From positions 78,244,001 to 78,308,000 of the forward strand of contig OX597830.1 of assembly GCA_951406725.2 (NCBI GenBank): a stretch of 64,000 nucleotides of DNA, written 5' to 3'. The stretch comes from Octopus vulgaris. Taxonomy: Eukaryota. The notes below the pieces were generated by a model that worked only from the letters and a program-made list of their open reading frames with translations, did no database searches and had not been told where the DNA came from. Within the stretch, counting starts at the first letter, position 1, and the number at the start of each line of letters is the position of its first letter. Position numbers and translations under genes: made by a program. Of this stretch, positions 14,903 to 28,926 are shown in pieces.

Positions 14903-15063
14903 CATATATATATGCACAAAGATAGATAGATAGCTAGCTTGATTGAGAGAGAGAGATGGATATATAGATAGATGTGATGTTAGCAGTTTTTTGAAAAGTG
15001 GCCTTAAACATGAAGGCGCATATGAATTCAAAAATGTGCATATAAGCGCGTATAATGTGTGTG

Positions 15064-15094
<31 letters not shown>

Positions 15095-15106
15095 ATATAT
15101 ATATGT

Positions 15107-15145
<39 letters not shown>

Positions 15146-15288
15146 CATATATGCACACACGCACACACACCCAAACGAACACAGCTCTATCTATTAATAC
15201 ACGCGCGCACACACACACACACTAATGCACGCACATGTACACATAAATATAAACATTAATTACACACGTGTGTGTGTGTCTGTGTGTT

Positions 15289-15338
<50 letters not shown>

Positions 15339-16067
15339 TGCGTGTATGTATTCCTGCTTTAGTGTGTGTACGTGTGCACGTCTGCGCCGTCGAATTTACT
15401 AATGTGAAACATTAACCGTATGAAGAATGAAAATCTATTAACCATACAATTATAAAAAAAATTAACAAAACAGAAATAACTTAAGAAAACATAAATACGC
15501 CATTAATAATAATAATAATAATAATAACAATAATAAAACATAAATATAATAATAATCCACAACATGAACAAAATATTTGAAAACAACTTCTTAAGGCAGA
15601 AATATAAGAAAAAACAAAAACAAAAAATGTGTATAAAAATGTTTTGGCAAGCATTTCTCGTTCAAAATTCTAATTAATCCTACAGATAATCTCTTTTAAT
15701 TTAGGAGGATAAAAGTACAGCTATTAGAGTACGTTCGCGAAGTTTTCTACATCAACAGCATACACGCACGCACACATACACAGGCACAAGCACACATCAC
15801 TCACACGCACACATCACACGCACACACACAAACACACATACTCACCCAAACACACAAGCATTCACACACATATATACAGTTCTATATATGTATGATTTAG
15901 TGTATACACATATAAATTTGTATACACTCTATACATATATATATAGATATATACATATGCATAGATATATATGTATGTATGTATACACTGTATGTATATA
16001 AGCATGTATGTATTTAAATATATATTTGCACGTATATATATATGAATATACGTATTTGTATATATTC

Positions 16068-16107
<40 letters not shown>

Positions 16108-16258
16108 CATAGGCATAAATATGTTATATATATATACATACATGTGTGTGTGTGTGTGTATCCATATAGATATATTACATGTGTATACATATCTGTAAGT
16201 ATGTACTGATAAAAAATATCTCTGTGTATATACATATACACACACACATATATATATA

Positions 16259-16312
<54 letters not shown>

Positions 16313-16861
16313 CTCCACAAATAGTTATTTGTGGAGTCATATCTGTAGTGAAAAGGAATTAGCTGTTTTTGGCTGCTATTTCTAAATTTTCAGTATGTGG
16401 TGAAGCAACTTGTTGCTAAACCCTTAATCATATTTAATTATATATAAAAAAACCTTTTTGTAAAAGTTTCTACCGGTAATGGTACTTTTTCCATACCGAA
16501 ACTACTTGGTAAAATCTATTAATTATTAAATTAATAATTCTTTACCCTATAATTGTTTTGAGTATATATATATAGTGTAAGCTAGAATACGTACCTGATT
16601 GTATGTATGTATGTATGTATGTATGTATGTATGTATGTATGTATGTATGTATGTATGTATGTATGTATGTATGTATGTACGTATGTATATGACAAATTAT
16701 GGGCGAGATTGCAGCGGGAAAACATATGAATACTGATGAAGTAGTTTAAAGTTAAAGGCTGAACTGTAGAGCCACAAGTAACAGTAGAGTTGTGTACACA
16801 TATCAATGGTCGTGGACACGATCACGCTGTGGACTTGCATTTATACATAAATACGCACGCA

Positions 16862-16934
<73 letters not shown>

Positions 16935-16977
16935 GTATTTATATATATATAAATGTATATATGTATATGCATGTATG

Positions 16978-17027
<50 letters not shown>

Positions 17028-17056
17028 TAGATATAGATATATACATATATATATAC

Positions 17057-17101
<45 letters not shown>

Positions 17102-17411
17102 AATGCATACATATATGCATATACACATATATGTGTGTGCGTGTGTGTGTTTGTGTATAATGTTCACTGTTTGCTTATATACATTGTTCTATAATTGATC
17201 TGAGCCTTGTTAAGGCCTCACTAAGACACACACACACAAAGACACACACACTCCCACAATCACAAGCACACAGACACACACGCACACACACACGCATACA
17301 CATATATAATGTAAACACAACTGCACTATCAAATATGCATGTTACCCTTTCTTTCTGTCTCTCTCTCTCTCTATATATCTATATATTTATCTATATCTAT
17401 ATTTATAGCTA

Positions 17412-17506
<95 letters not shown>

Positions 17507-17734
17507 AATCTTTATAATTATGAGTATGATTATAATTAGGGATCAGCAAAAAATTTGCTTCGCCACATACCGAAACTTAGAAATAGCAAATTTTTTTGCT
17601 GAACCCTAATTATAATTATACTCATGATTATAAATATTATTGTTTAAGTTTACCGAAAAAGGTTCTTTTAATTACTTGGTAAAATTATTAATGATTAATT
17701 AATTAATTAAGTAATTAATTTTACCCTTTATTAT

Positions 17735-17819
<85 letters not shown>

Positions 17820-17872
17820 TATGTATGTATATAGATTGCAAGACAGACAGAAAAACAGATAGATAGACAGAC

Positions 17873-17931
<59 letters not shown>

Positions 17932-18292
17932 ACAAAAGCCGACCACTGAAATTCAGTACAGCTATTTCCACCAATTACAGAAAAGAAAAAAAATCTTGTC
18001 AGCGCGGCATGCAGCCTGAAATTATAACAGTATGCTGGTGCTCATTTATTGCAGCCGTAACAGGTGGTTATACTGCGATGCACACATCTGCACACCATCA
18101 GTGAATTAATTTATAGTCATCAGCAACTCTAAATTAATATACAACTGCACTGAATGAATGCAGCTGCACTGTTACTTGAATATCAAAGCGCGAATGAAAT
18201 CTTTGTTTTTTTTCTGGTTGTATGAATGTTTTCAATTAATCTAACTTACAGGCATGCACATATTCCCGCAGGGCCACTTACACTCACTCTTG

Positions 18293-18330
<38 letters not shown>

Positions 18331-18722
18331 CAATATTAATTCTCTAAATGAGATATAGACAGTGACTGCTCCATAATATAAGGGATATTAGCCAACCGAA
18401 TATGGCTATAGGGTGGTGGGGGTGTCACCTGGGGCTAAATGCAACAGTGACACCCCCACCACCCTGCCCTGTATGTATCCCTTATATTATATATATATAT
18501 ATATGTATGTATATATGTATGTATATATGTATTTGTATGGATGTATATATATATATATGTATATACTCACATGTATTTGATTATGTGAAGGAGCTTGCTT
18601 CCTAACCAAATGTTTCCGGGTTCAGTACCACTGCTTGACACCATAGGTAGGTGTCTACTCTTATAGCCTCGAGCCGACCAAATCCTTGAGTGGATTTGGT
18701 ACGCGGAAACTGAAAGAAGTCC

Positions 18723-18798
<76 letters not shown>

Positions 18799-18945
18799 TT
18801 ATATATTTGTTTTGCAAGATTCTTGATGTGAAATAAGATTAATGTAAAAAATGAATAACAGCTGAAGCAAATTAACACCAAATATATAGTGCGTGTGTTT
18901 TTATTGGCTAAACTGGCAAAATTACCATTCCTAAATACAACAACA

Positions 18946-19076
<131 letters not shown>

Positions 19077-19106
19077 TGTATGTATGTATGTATGTATGTA
19101 TGTATA

Positions 19107-19700
19107 GGCACAGGAGTGGCTGTGTGGTAAGAAACTTGTTTACCAACCACATGGTTCCGGGTTCAGTCCCACTGCGTGGCACCTTCGGCAAGTGTCTTCT
19201 ACTATAGCCTCGGGCCGTCTAAAGACTTGTGAGTGAATTTGGTAGACGGAAACTGAAAGAAGCCCGTCGTATATATGTATATATATATATATATGCGTGT
19301 GTGTGTTTGTGTGTTTGTCCCCCAAGCATTGCTTGACAACCGATGCTGGTGTGTTTATGTCTACGTTACTTAGCGGTTCGGCAAAAGAGACCGATAGAAT
19401 AAGTACTGGGCTTACAAAAGAATAAGTCCCGGGGTCGAGTTGTTCGATCAAAGGCGGTGCTCCAGCATGGCCGCAGTCAAATGACTGAAACAACTAAAAG
19501 AGTAAAAGAGTATATGTTTTTGTGTCTGTGTTTGTCCATCCCTCCCCCAACATCGCTTGGCAACCGATGTTGGTGTAGTACGTCCCCGTATCTTAGCGGT
19601 TCGGCAAAAGACACCGATAGAATAAGTACTGGGTTTACAAAGAATAAGTCCTGAGGTCGATTCGTTTGACTAAAACGCAGTGCTCCAGTATCGCCGCTGT
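19107..19700 (+). mobile_element. SINE family B (tRNA-like head, CORE-like CCTTGGGCAAGT, internal microsatellite) with duplicated 3' half
   Basis: GGCACAGGAGTGGCTGTGTGGTAAG...GGTTCAGTCCC...GGAAACTGAAAGAAGCCCGTCG-(TA/TG)n-...GGTGCTCCAGCATGGCCGCAGTCAAATGACTGAAAC. Confidence 0.8.
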
Positions 19701-19739
19701 CAAAGGATTGAAACCAGAAAAGGAATAAGAGAATATATA

Positions 19740-20087
19740 CACAGAGGGGACAAACAAGGACACACAAACGGATTATATCGATTATATCGACTCCAGTGCA
19801 CAACTGGTACTTATTTTATCGACCCCGAAATGATGAAAGGCAAAGTCGACATCGGCGGAATTTGAACTCAGAACGTAGCGGCAGACGAAATACGCCTAAG
19901 CATTTCACCCGGCGTGCAAAAGTTTCTTATTTCTTCACTGCCCACAAGGGGCTAAACATAGAGAGGAAATACAAGTACAGAAAACGGGATTAAGTCGATT
20001 ACATTGACCCCAGTGCGTAACTGGTACTTAATTTATCGACCACGAAAGGATGAAAGGCGTGCTAACGTTTCTGCCAGCTCGCCGCCT
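19740..20087 (-). mobile_element. SINE family A tandem copies
   Basis: Reverse complement of the family A consensus. Confidence 0.75.
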
Positions 20088-20581
20088 TAGAGAACGTAAA
20101 ATATCAGAATTCTTTCTATGAACCATGAGATATTTTACAAATCAATCTATACAAATTTTAAAATAAATATATCGACTCAACTTGCGTGTCTATGCATGTG
20201 TGTATGAATGTGTGCCTGGATATATATCTATTAATGTATTATATATGTACGCACGCGTTTCTTCAAGTAAGAGCGTGTATGTCAGTTTTTGTATAAATTA
20301 ACATATTTATAACAGCGTACATCTCTAAATATAACTTGTAACAGACACGTTACTATATTTCAACTGCCAAACACTTCGACGTTATTTTGGGGAAGGATTT
20401 TTTGAGGAATTATCAAAATTGGCATTCTTTCCTCTACATTGTAAATGAGATATTTGATGCATATTTATGATTATGGATAGTCGCTGTTATTTTCGTATTC
20501 ATGTATAAATACATACCTACGAAGACATACATAAACACACAAACACTGACATGTACACACCAACACACTAACACACATACA

Positions 20582-20627
<46 letters not shown>

Positions 20628-20738
20628 AAAGAGAAATAGAAAAAGCTTTTAGAATTTTATCATGGATTACATTTTTATCGTAATATGCCACAGGTTTCAA
20701 TCTCTTCCAGAAGACGATTTAGTCATGCTGAAATGAAA

Positions 20739-20798
<60 letters not shown>

Positions 20799-21074
20799 TT
20801 AGGCGCATAATGATACCATAAAGGAAGAATTCAGTTGTCATTAACTGTGACTAAGAGTCCCGGCGCACCTACATAGCTAGAAATAAGAGTTAAAATACTC
20901 TTAATGCTATATAGGAAGAGGCGGGATGCATACACACAAATGCTGACAAAAAAGGCAACCGCCCCATGCCGACTCGAAAATCCCAGACTAGACGTTTAGT
21001 TTCGCCTATCCTGTAGGCAACGTCAGTGAGCTTGTGTGTATACATCAGCGCTCTGTGTCTTTTTGGTCGGCACC

Positions 21075-21620
21075 AGCCTTTTTGGTCGGCTGAAAGTAGT
21101 TTTGGCATAAACTTGATAGATACGCGTCTCATATACAAATCTTCGGTGATAATGGACTGAACTGAACCGTAACTAATCTGCACATCCTCTGATAACTCAT
21201 GGATGGTGTTTCGATGATTTCCCCTTACAGCTTCACGCACATCAGCGATGTTTTTCTCATTTCTGCTGGTTGCGGGTCTCCCAGAACGTTCGTGAATACC
21301 GACATTTTTTCGGCCATTCTGGAAACGTCTGAACCACTCGTACACTTGTGTGCGGCTCATACACTCCTCTCTATACACTCTCTGCAACTTTGCATAGGTC
21401 TCTGAGCAGGTATCGCCAAGACAACTTTCTCTGTCATGGTCAATGTGACGATCACACGCTACATAAGATTCCAAGCACTGCTTTAAAGAGCGAAAGTGAG
21501 CTAGAACGTTAAAACTTAGTGTGTAGGCACAGCAGAGATGAAGGTCAATCTTTGCCAAGCGACTTCACTTGCGTGCTTTAGCTTCGTTACAGTCCCAATT
21601 CTTATTCAACAGATCTTGTA
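21075..21620 (-). mobile_element. Mariner transposon 5' remnant (HTH domain)
   Basis: TYAKLQRVYREECMSRTQVYEWFRRFQNG...ERSGRP...VSIKFMPKLLSADQK, a mariner N-terminus with a WVPxxL-like motif; truncated before the DDD domain. Confidence 0.85.
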
Positions 21621-22099
21621 CATACTGAGTAACACAGAAGCACAGTTAATGGAGTTAATGCACAAATCTTTTCTCAGACACAAAAATATGCAGTCACAGA
21701 TACATGCATACACCTCTTCGATGATAAACACACATACATGGATACAACACAAAATGTACATACAGACAAACACGCATAAACACATCAAAGAGATTTATAT
21801 TGACGCATACACACTCATACATGAATACATTGCACCATATCATACGCAGAGAAACTCAGTTAACGCAAAACCCATATTTATATGCACACACAGACGCGTG
21901 TATGCACTCACATATACACATACATATACACACGCAATTAAACATACTTGCCCATATACACAGCCATGTTTGATATACTCTGATAGATACACAGACAGAG
22001 GACTCGGAACGAAACCAGGAACGACGACAACAGTAACAACGAAAATAACAAAGCAAAAAGTATAAACGACAACACCATAAGCAACAACAACAATAATAT

Positions 22100-22580
22100 T
22101 TCCTACTAAAGGCACAAGGCCTGAAATTTTGGTGGAGGGGACTAGTCGATTATATCGACCCGAGTGTTTCACTGGTGCTTAATCTATCGACCCCAAAAGG
22201 ATGAATGGCAAAGCCGACCTCGGCGGAATTTGAACTCAGATCGTAGTGACAAACGAGATACCTATTTCTTTACTGCTCACATGGAGTTAAACACAGAGGG
22301 GACAACCAAGGACAGACAAACGGATTAAGTCGATTACATTGACCCCAGGACGTAACTGGTACTTAATTTATCGACCCCGAAAGGATGAAAGGCAAAGTCG
22401 ACCTCGGCGGAATTTGAACTCAATATAAACGTCAGCACGCCGGACGAAATGCTTAGTGGTGTTTCGCCTGTCGCTACGATCTGAGTTCTAATTCCGCCGA
22501 GGTCGACTTTGCCTTTCATCCTTTCGGAGTCGATTAAATAAGTACCAGCTATGTACTGGAGTCGATGTAATCGACTTAAT
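22100..22580. mobile_element. SINE family A copies, - strand then + strand
   Basis: - strand copies at 22100-22420, + strand copy at 22425-22580. Confidence 0.75.
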
Positions 22581-22877
22581 CCCCTTGGCTGTCCTATTCT
22601 AACCATTACTGCCCGTGATGTCATTTAAGGTATTTTCAGGTAGACGCTGATGTACAGCTTTACGTATGCAAATTATTCTCAACTAACTGAAAATTGCTGT
22701 ATAGTAAGAGAAGCCCTAACGTAAACCTAGAGGCAAATTATAAGCAGTTTTCAATGAATACGGTACATGGCTGTGTAGTTAAGAAGTTCGATTTGCAATC
22801 ACGTGGTTTCGGGTTCAGTCCCACTGTGCGGCATCTTGAACAAAGTGTATTCTACTATAACTATGAACCGAGCAATA

Positions 22878-23315
22878 CCGTGAGAACCAAAATCTTGGAG
22901 ACATGTGGTCAGAAAATGTTTCTAATTTTACCTTTCTATAAACCACATGACACAAGTGAGGCTGGAAAAAAGCTAAAAGAAAAACGGTTTATCAAAATAT
23001 TCAAACCTGTTTTAAACGGAAGTAACAACAATAATATAACAACCAGTTAATGATGTGGATTAAAAAATATAAACAAGTTACGGAATATATCGGTACGCCT
23101 GGAAAATTATGATGTTTAAGAACATGTGGAGTGATCAAAAAGGTATTCTAAAAATTCAGCTGGTTGGAGCATTCTAAGAGGTACTAAAGTTATCAAGAAC
23201 CCATCTGTCAGTTAAACACATTTGAAATCTGAGTACACTATGTATGAAAGCGCTAATTTTGTTAAAAATACCATTAACAAAAACGTGAAAACCAGACTGT
23301 TTTAACTTTATTCAA

Positions 23316-23320
<5 letters not shown>
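22878..23320 (+). mobile_element. Penelope-like element 3' remnant: ORF C-terminus plus 3' UTR with a degenerate hammerhead
   Basis: Peptide ETCGQKMFLILPFYK...KLKEKRFIKIFKPVLN resembles the C-terminus of Penelope GIY-YIG ORFs. Hammerhead remnant GAAAT-CTGA-GTAC(ACTAT)GTAT-GAAA-GCGC-TA-ATTTT at 23224-23260. Ends in (TA)n. Confidence 0.6.
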
Positions 23321-23387
<67 letters not shown>

Positions 23388-23438
23388 AAGGAGCTTCTAC
23401 AGGACTAGAACTGTTTCATTCAAAAGAAATCATCAGGA

Positions 23439-23489
23439 AGCTTCCTGATGATTTCTTTTGAATGAAACAGTTCTAGTCCTGTAGAAGCT
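23439..23489 (+). ncRNA. Type I hammerhead ribozyme inside a perfect palindrome (mirror copy on - strand at 23392-23442)
   Basis: AGCTTC-CTGATGA-TTTC(TTTT)GAAT-GAAA-CAG(TTCTAGTC)CTG-TA-GAAGCT; 6-bp helix I, GUA triplet. Confidence 0.8.
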
Positions 23490-23867
23490 CCTTCTATAAA
23501 ATAAATTAATTTACTCTGCTATGTATTGAGTACCTTATTTACTGTGGTTAACCCCGACTCAACCCGGGACCTACATATATATATATACGGACACACACAC
23601 ACACACACACAGAAATACAGTGTACATTTAAACACACAAGAGGCATCCATCATAGGATTCCTTGCACGCTAGAGAGGACAGTTAAATTCCAAACCACTAT
23701 TAGGGATAAAATTTCGAAAGGAATTAAAGAATAAAAACATTTACCATCTATCCCTTATATAGTCTATTGACTAAATTTTTACCCGCTAGGCCACTAGTAA
23801 TGGAAATTTAAAATATGTCTGATTACCCTTTGGTATTGTTAATATATATATATATATATATATATAT

Positions 23868-24400
23868 ACATGTTCTGATCAATAGGTATCCGGACTGTTG
23901 CCAAAGTAACGAAGTTAAGGCACGCAGAGTGAAGTTGCTTGGCACACATTAACCTCGAACCCAGTTGTGCAAGCGCACTAAGTTTTAACGTTCTAACTTA
24001 CTTCCGCTGTGTACAGCAGTGCTTGGAAGGAACATGTGTAGACTGTGATCATCGCATCGACAGCAACAGAGAAAGCTGGGCAGAGAATCTGCATCGAATT
24101 TTATCAAAAGATTGGTGATATTTGCTCAGAGGACTACGCAAAGTTTTCAAAAAGTTTTCATCGTTTTTAACATCGTTCGCAACTGAAACCCACGTGTCCT
24201 TTTGGTCAGCTGAAAGCAGTTTCGACACAACCATGGCAGGTACGCGTCGTATACCGAAATCTTCAGTGATAATGGACTGAACTGTTACTAATCTACACAT
24301 CCTCTGATAAATCACGTATGGGGATTCGACAATTTCATCTCAGAGCTGCACACACATCTGCGATGCTTACCTCAATTCTGCTGGTTGCGGGTCTCCTAGA
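23868..24400. mobile_element. Second mariner remnant of the same family, internally inverted
   Basis: 23868-24145 matches the 5' end of 21075-21620 on + strand; 24146-24400 encodes VQSIITEDFGIRRVPAMVVSKLLSADQK on - strand. Confidence 0.75.
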
Positions 24401-24976
24401 GAACGATATAACGAGTATCCTATTAAAAAAAAACAAAAAAAAGACTGGAGTTTATTCATTCGACTAAATTTCTTCAAGGTAGTTCCCCGGCATGATCGCA
24501 GTAGAATGAAAGGAACAAGTAAAAGATAAACGATTATTTAATCTCAATTTCGCCAGCTATAATTTTCATACTTAAAGGGGGGAAAAAGTCTTATCTCCGT
24601 TGGCAGGTATGGTGAGCGGTGCACATGTTTCGGTTTATAATAGTACTCGTCAGGAAATCGTGGATTTCTCGACCCTACCACCACCACCACCACTACGACA
24701 CGTAGCGCTATCACTGTCATCATATCTACCGTCACCACAAAGGACCATGATCGCCACCACTACAACCACTGGAACCATTGTCCATACCACCACGATTACT
24801 AACAATATCGCTATATCAATGCATCTACGGCGATAGTAACAGCAAAATGAAACAGACTTTAAAATGCACTAAAAATACTAGAAAAACAATGAAATTACTC
24901 AAAAATCTAGTTCAAACCTGAATTACAAATTACGCTGTGGGTGTGGTGTACGTATAACATATTTACACACACACAT

Positions 24977-25052
<76 letters not shown>

Positions 25053-25584
25053 TGTCTACGTATATATATTTCACAATACGTGATTGCTAAACAGTGGGCG
25101 TTACTCTACCACGGTGGGTATGTTGCATTGTTGTACTTATTGCTTTCATGAATATTTACAACAAACACGAACGGGAAGGCGGCGAGCTGGCCGAAACGTT
25201 ACCACGTTGGGCGAAATGCTTAGCGGTATTTCGTCTGTCTTTACGTTCTGAGTTCAAATTCCACCGAGGTCGACTTTGCGTACTTGCTTCTCTCTAATTG
25301 ACTGGTTCCCTCCCCAAAAATTTCGGGCCTTGAGCCTAATGTAGAAAAGAATAAACACGTACTGGAGTAGGAATCTCTACAATTGTATGTGAGCGTATAC
25401 ATCTGTGTGTGTATGTCAAGGTGCGTAAATATATATGAAACGAATTGCCTAACACTATACGAAGCACAACAAACGATGAACAGCAATAAAGTAACTCATT
25501 TCCATAAAGAAAGAAAAAGAGTCTTCTCTGTCTGGGACGTTAAATTTTACTTTACCTGGAATAGACGAGGTAAAGAGGTAAAGA

Positions 25585-25642
<58 letters not shown>

Positions 25643-26152
25643 CCCTAGGTATGATAAAAGAGGGATATCAGAAACATCTAGATAATATCCCAGGAGAACC
25701 ATGTCTCAGAGAAATCCAAAAGATTAATAATAATAATCCTTTCTACTGGAAGTACAAGGCCTCAAATTTGGGGGAAAGGATTAAGTCGATTACATCGACC
25801 CCAGTGCGAAACTGGTACTTATTTCATCAACTCAAAAAAGGATGAAAACCAAAGTCGATCACGGTGGAATTTCAACTCAGAACGTAAAGAGGCATGACGT
25901 ACGACTAGGCATTTCACCCAACGTGCCAACTCACTGCCTTTATGTGAAGCAGAATAAGAAGATAGTAATAATGTAATAATAAAAGTTTCAATAATGTACT
26001 CGCGTTGGAACTTACCTTGAATGGTTAAATCGAATAAATCGACACCAGTACTTATTTTTTCCTTCAAAGTTTAACATTTCTCTTATCGATCTCTTTTGCT
26101 GAACCGCTAGTTTACGGGAACCTGAACAAATCGACGATTGTCAAACGCCGGG

Positions 26153-26193
<41 letters not shown>

Positions 26194-26408
26194 TAATGTA
26201 AGTTCTGTAAATGTATTCAAATTTACACACACACACACACACATTGCAAACATTATCTGGTATAGAACTCAATATGTTGTTTAAAGTGAATAGACATGTT
26301 TATTGCATCAAACACGGTCTATTCTGAATTTCGCCCTTGCCTGATAAACCCACCCGCCGCCTCTCTCTCCATCCCTCTTCCTCGCATCTATGTATGTATG
26401 TATGTATG

Positions 26409-26511
<103 letters not shown>

Positions 26512-26782
26512 GTACACACACACACATACATATATATAAAATATATATATATTCCACACATCTGTGTTGCAGAGAGCTGTCATCAAAACGCACACATCGG
26601 ATCTGGAAATATTAAGTCATAGCTAAATTCTCTTTCCATAAGAACAGTTACATTTCTCAACGAATTTTTTTTATTAAGCGAGAACTGTAATGTATCGCAT
26701 CATTAGCAATATTATTTCTGAAGGTATGGTACCCTCTCCCACAGAAGCCGTCTCTCTCATCGCAACTGCTGTAGCTTACTCA

Positions 26783-26847
<65 letters not shown>

Positions 26848-27211
26848 CTTAAGCCGAAGTTAGGTAATTATTAATAACCGCAGTTAGCAGATAAGTTAAT
26901 AATTTAAAGTCAGACTCGTTGGGCTCAGTATCAAGGGGTATTGAGTTCGCGTCCCGGTCTGGGTTGTGTGTTGCGTTCTTGAGCAAGACCCTATAATTCA
27001 CGTTGCTCCAGTTAAATCTCAAAGGATTTTAAAGTGAAGATCTTGAAGTGAAGATCCTGCACTGGTATTAAAGCAAGCGTTGCAATTGCAACGGCTTCTA
27101 ATCGATGCATAAAAACATATGTAGGTGTGCTTGAGACTGTATTCATATACAAACATGAATTTAAGGTAATGATAATGCTACCTCGTAATATTCCTTATTA
27201 TAATTATAAGC

Positions 27212-27257
<46 letters not shown>

Positions 27258-27299
27258 TCATCATCATCATCATCTTCTTTCATCATCACCGTCATCATC

Positions 27300-27368
<69 letters not shown>

Positions 27369-27826
27369 GAGTGAGAGAGCAGTTCATGCCATCAAAGTGA
27401 CACTGGGGTAAAATATACGAAGCCCAATATACCCATCATGACTACCCGTCTGATAAGGGTACACCAGGCACATGCATCACAACCATATGTGCGCGACATG
27501 GTGATCTCATATCAAGATAAACAGCACATGACCTTGCAGGTGGGGCCCAGTTAGAATTTTCTTCAGGTTGAGTAGCCCATCCCGCTCAAACGGTCCCTGA
27601 ATAAGGATTGTTTAAGGATGTTGAAAGAACCACCCATGTTTCCAGAGGTGAATTATTCAAACCCCAAAGAATCCCTTTCAACACACGGCTATGATGCTCC
27701 CCCACTATTTCTGCTCGTGATCAGAGATGCACATATCGTCAGCCACTAAGGGACATGCTCAACTGGTTAAGGTCAAACAGCTGACAAGCAAATCTGTGGT
27801 ATTGAGCAGAATATTTGCTGTAGCCC

Positions 27827-27828
<2 letters not shown>
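27369..27828 (-). mobile_element. Long copy of the same (AAT)n-tailed element
   Basis: Reverse complement of 2650-3093 and 2222-2610; (ATT)n on both sides. Confidence 0.75.
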
Positions 27829-27895
<67 letters not shown>

Positions 27896-28047
27896 CATTA
27901 TTGTTATTATTATTATTGATATTATTATTATTATTATCATTATTTCTATTATTATCAATATTATCATCATCATCATCATCATTATTATCATTATTATTAT
28001 TATTCTCATTAATACTATTATTATTATTATCATTGTTATTATTATTA

Positions 28048-28102
<55 letters not shown>

Positions 28103-28236
28103 CATCATCATCATCATTATCATTATTATTATAATTATCATTATTATTATTATCATCATTATTATTATTATTATCATTATTACTATTATTATCATTATTA
28201 TTATTATTATTATTATTATGATCATTATTATTATTA

Positions 28237-28267
<31 letters not shown>

Positions 28268-28328
28268 CATCATCATTATTATTATTATTATCATTATTAT
28301 TATTATGATCATTATTATTATTATTATT
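27828..28328. repeat. Imperfect (ATT/ATC)n microsatellite, ~500 bp
   Basis: Direct reading. Confidence 0.95.
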
Positions 28329-28594
28329 CTTGTGTTATTATTATTGTATATGCTCAGTCCCACTGCGTGGCACCTTGGGCAAGAGTCTTCTACTATAGCC
28401 TTGGGCCGACCAAAGCCTTGTCAGTAGACCTGGTAGACAGAAACTGAAAGAAGCCCGTCGTATATATAATATATATATGTATGTATGTATGTATATGTGT
28501 GTCCTGGGGTCGATTCGTTCGACTAAAGGCGGTGCTCCAGCATGGCAACAGTCAATTAAATGAAACAAGCAAAATAATAAGAGAATAAAATATA

Positions 28595-28679
<85 letters not shown>

Positions 28680-28858
28680 GCATGTATATATGTACAGACA
28701 CACACACACACACATATATATTTTACGCGTCGGTGTCGCTATGTGGTAATAGGTCTGGTTGAGTACACCTGCCTGGCATTTTGGGCGAGTGTCTTCTTTT
28801 ACAGCCTTGAGTCAACCAAAGTCTTGTTAATGGAGGGAAACTGAAAGAAGCCCGTCAC

Positions 28859-28926
<68 letters not shown>

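Noticed and set aside
20890-21558. Intact 222-aa transposase gene
   Set aside because: Only the HTH part is mariner-like; the catalytic domain is missing and the C-terminus is read-through into flanking DNA.
27690-27750. CTGACGA...GAAA on - strand of the (AAT)n-tailed element
   Set aside because: No consistent helices I and III, and GAAA is not conserved in the 2222 copy.
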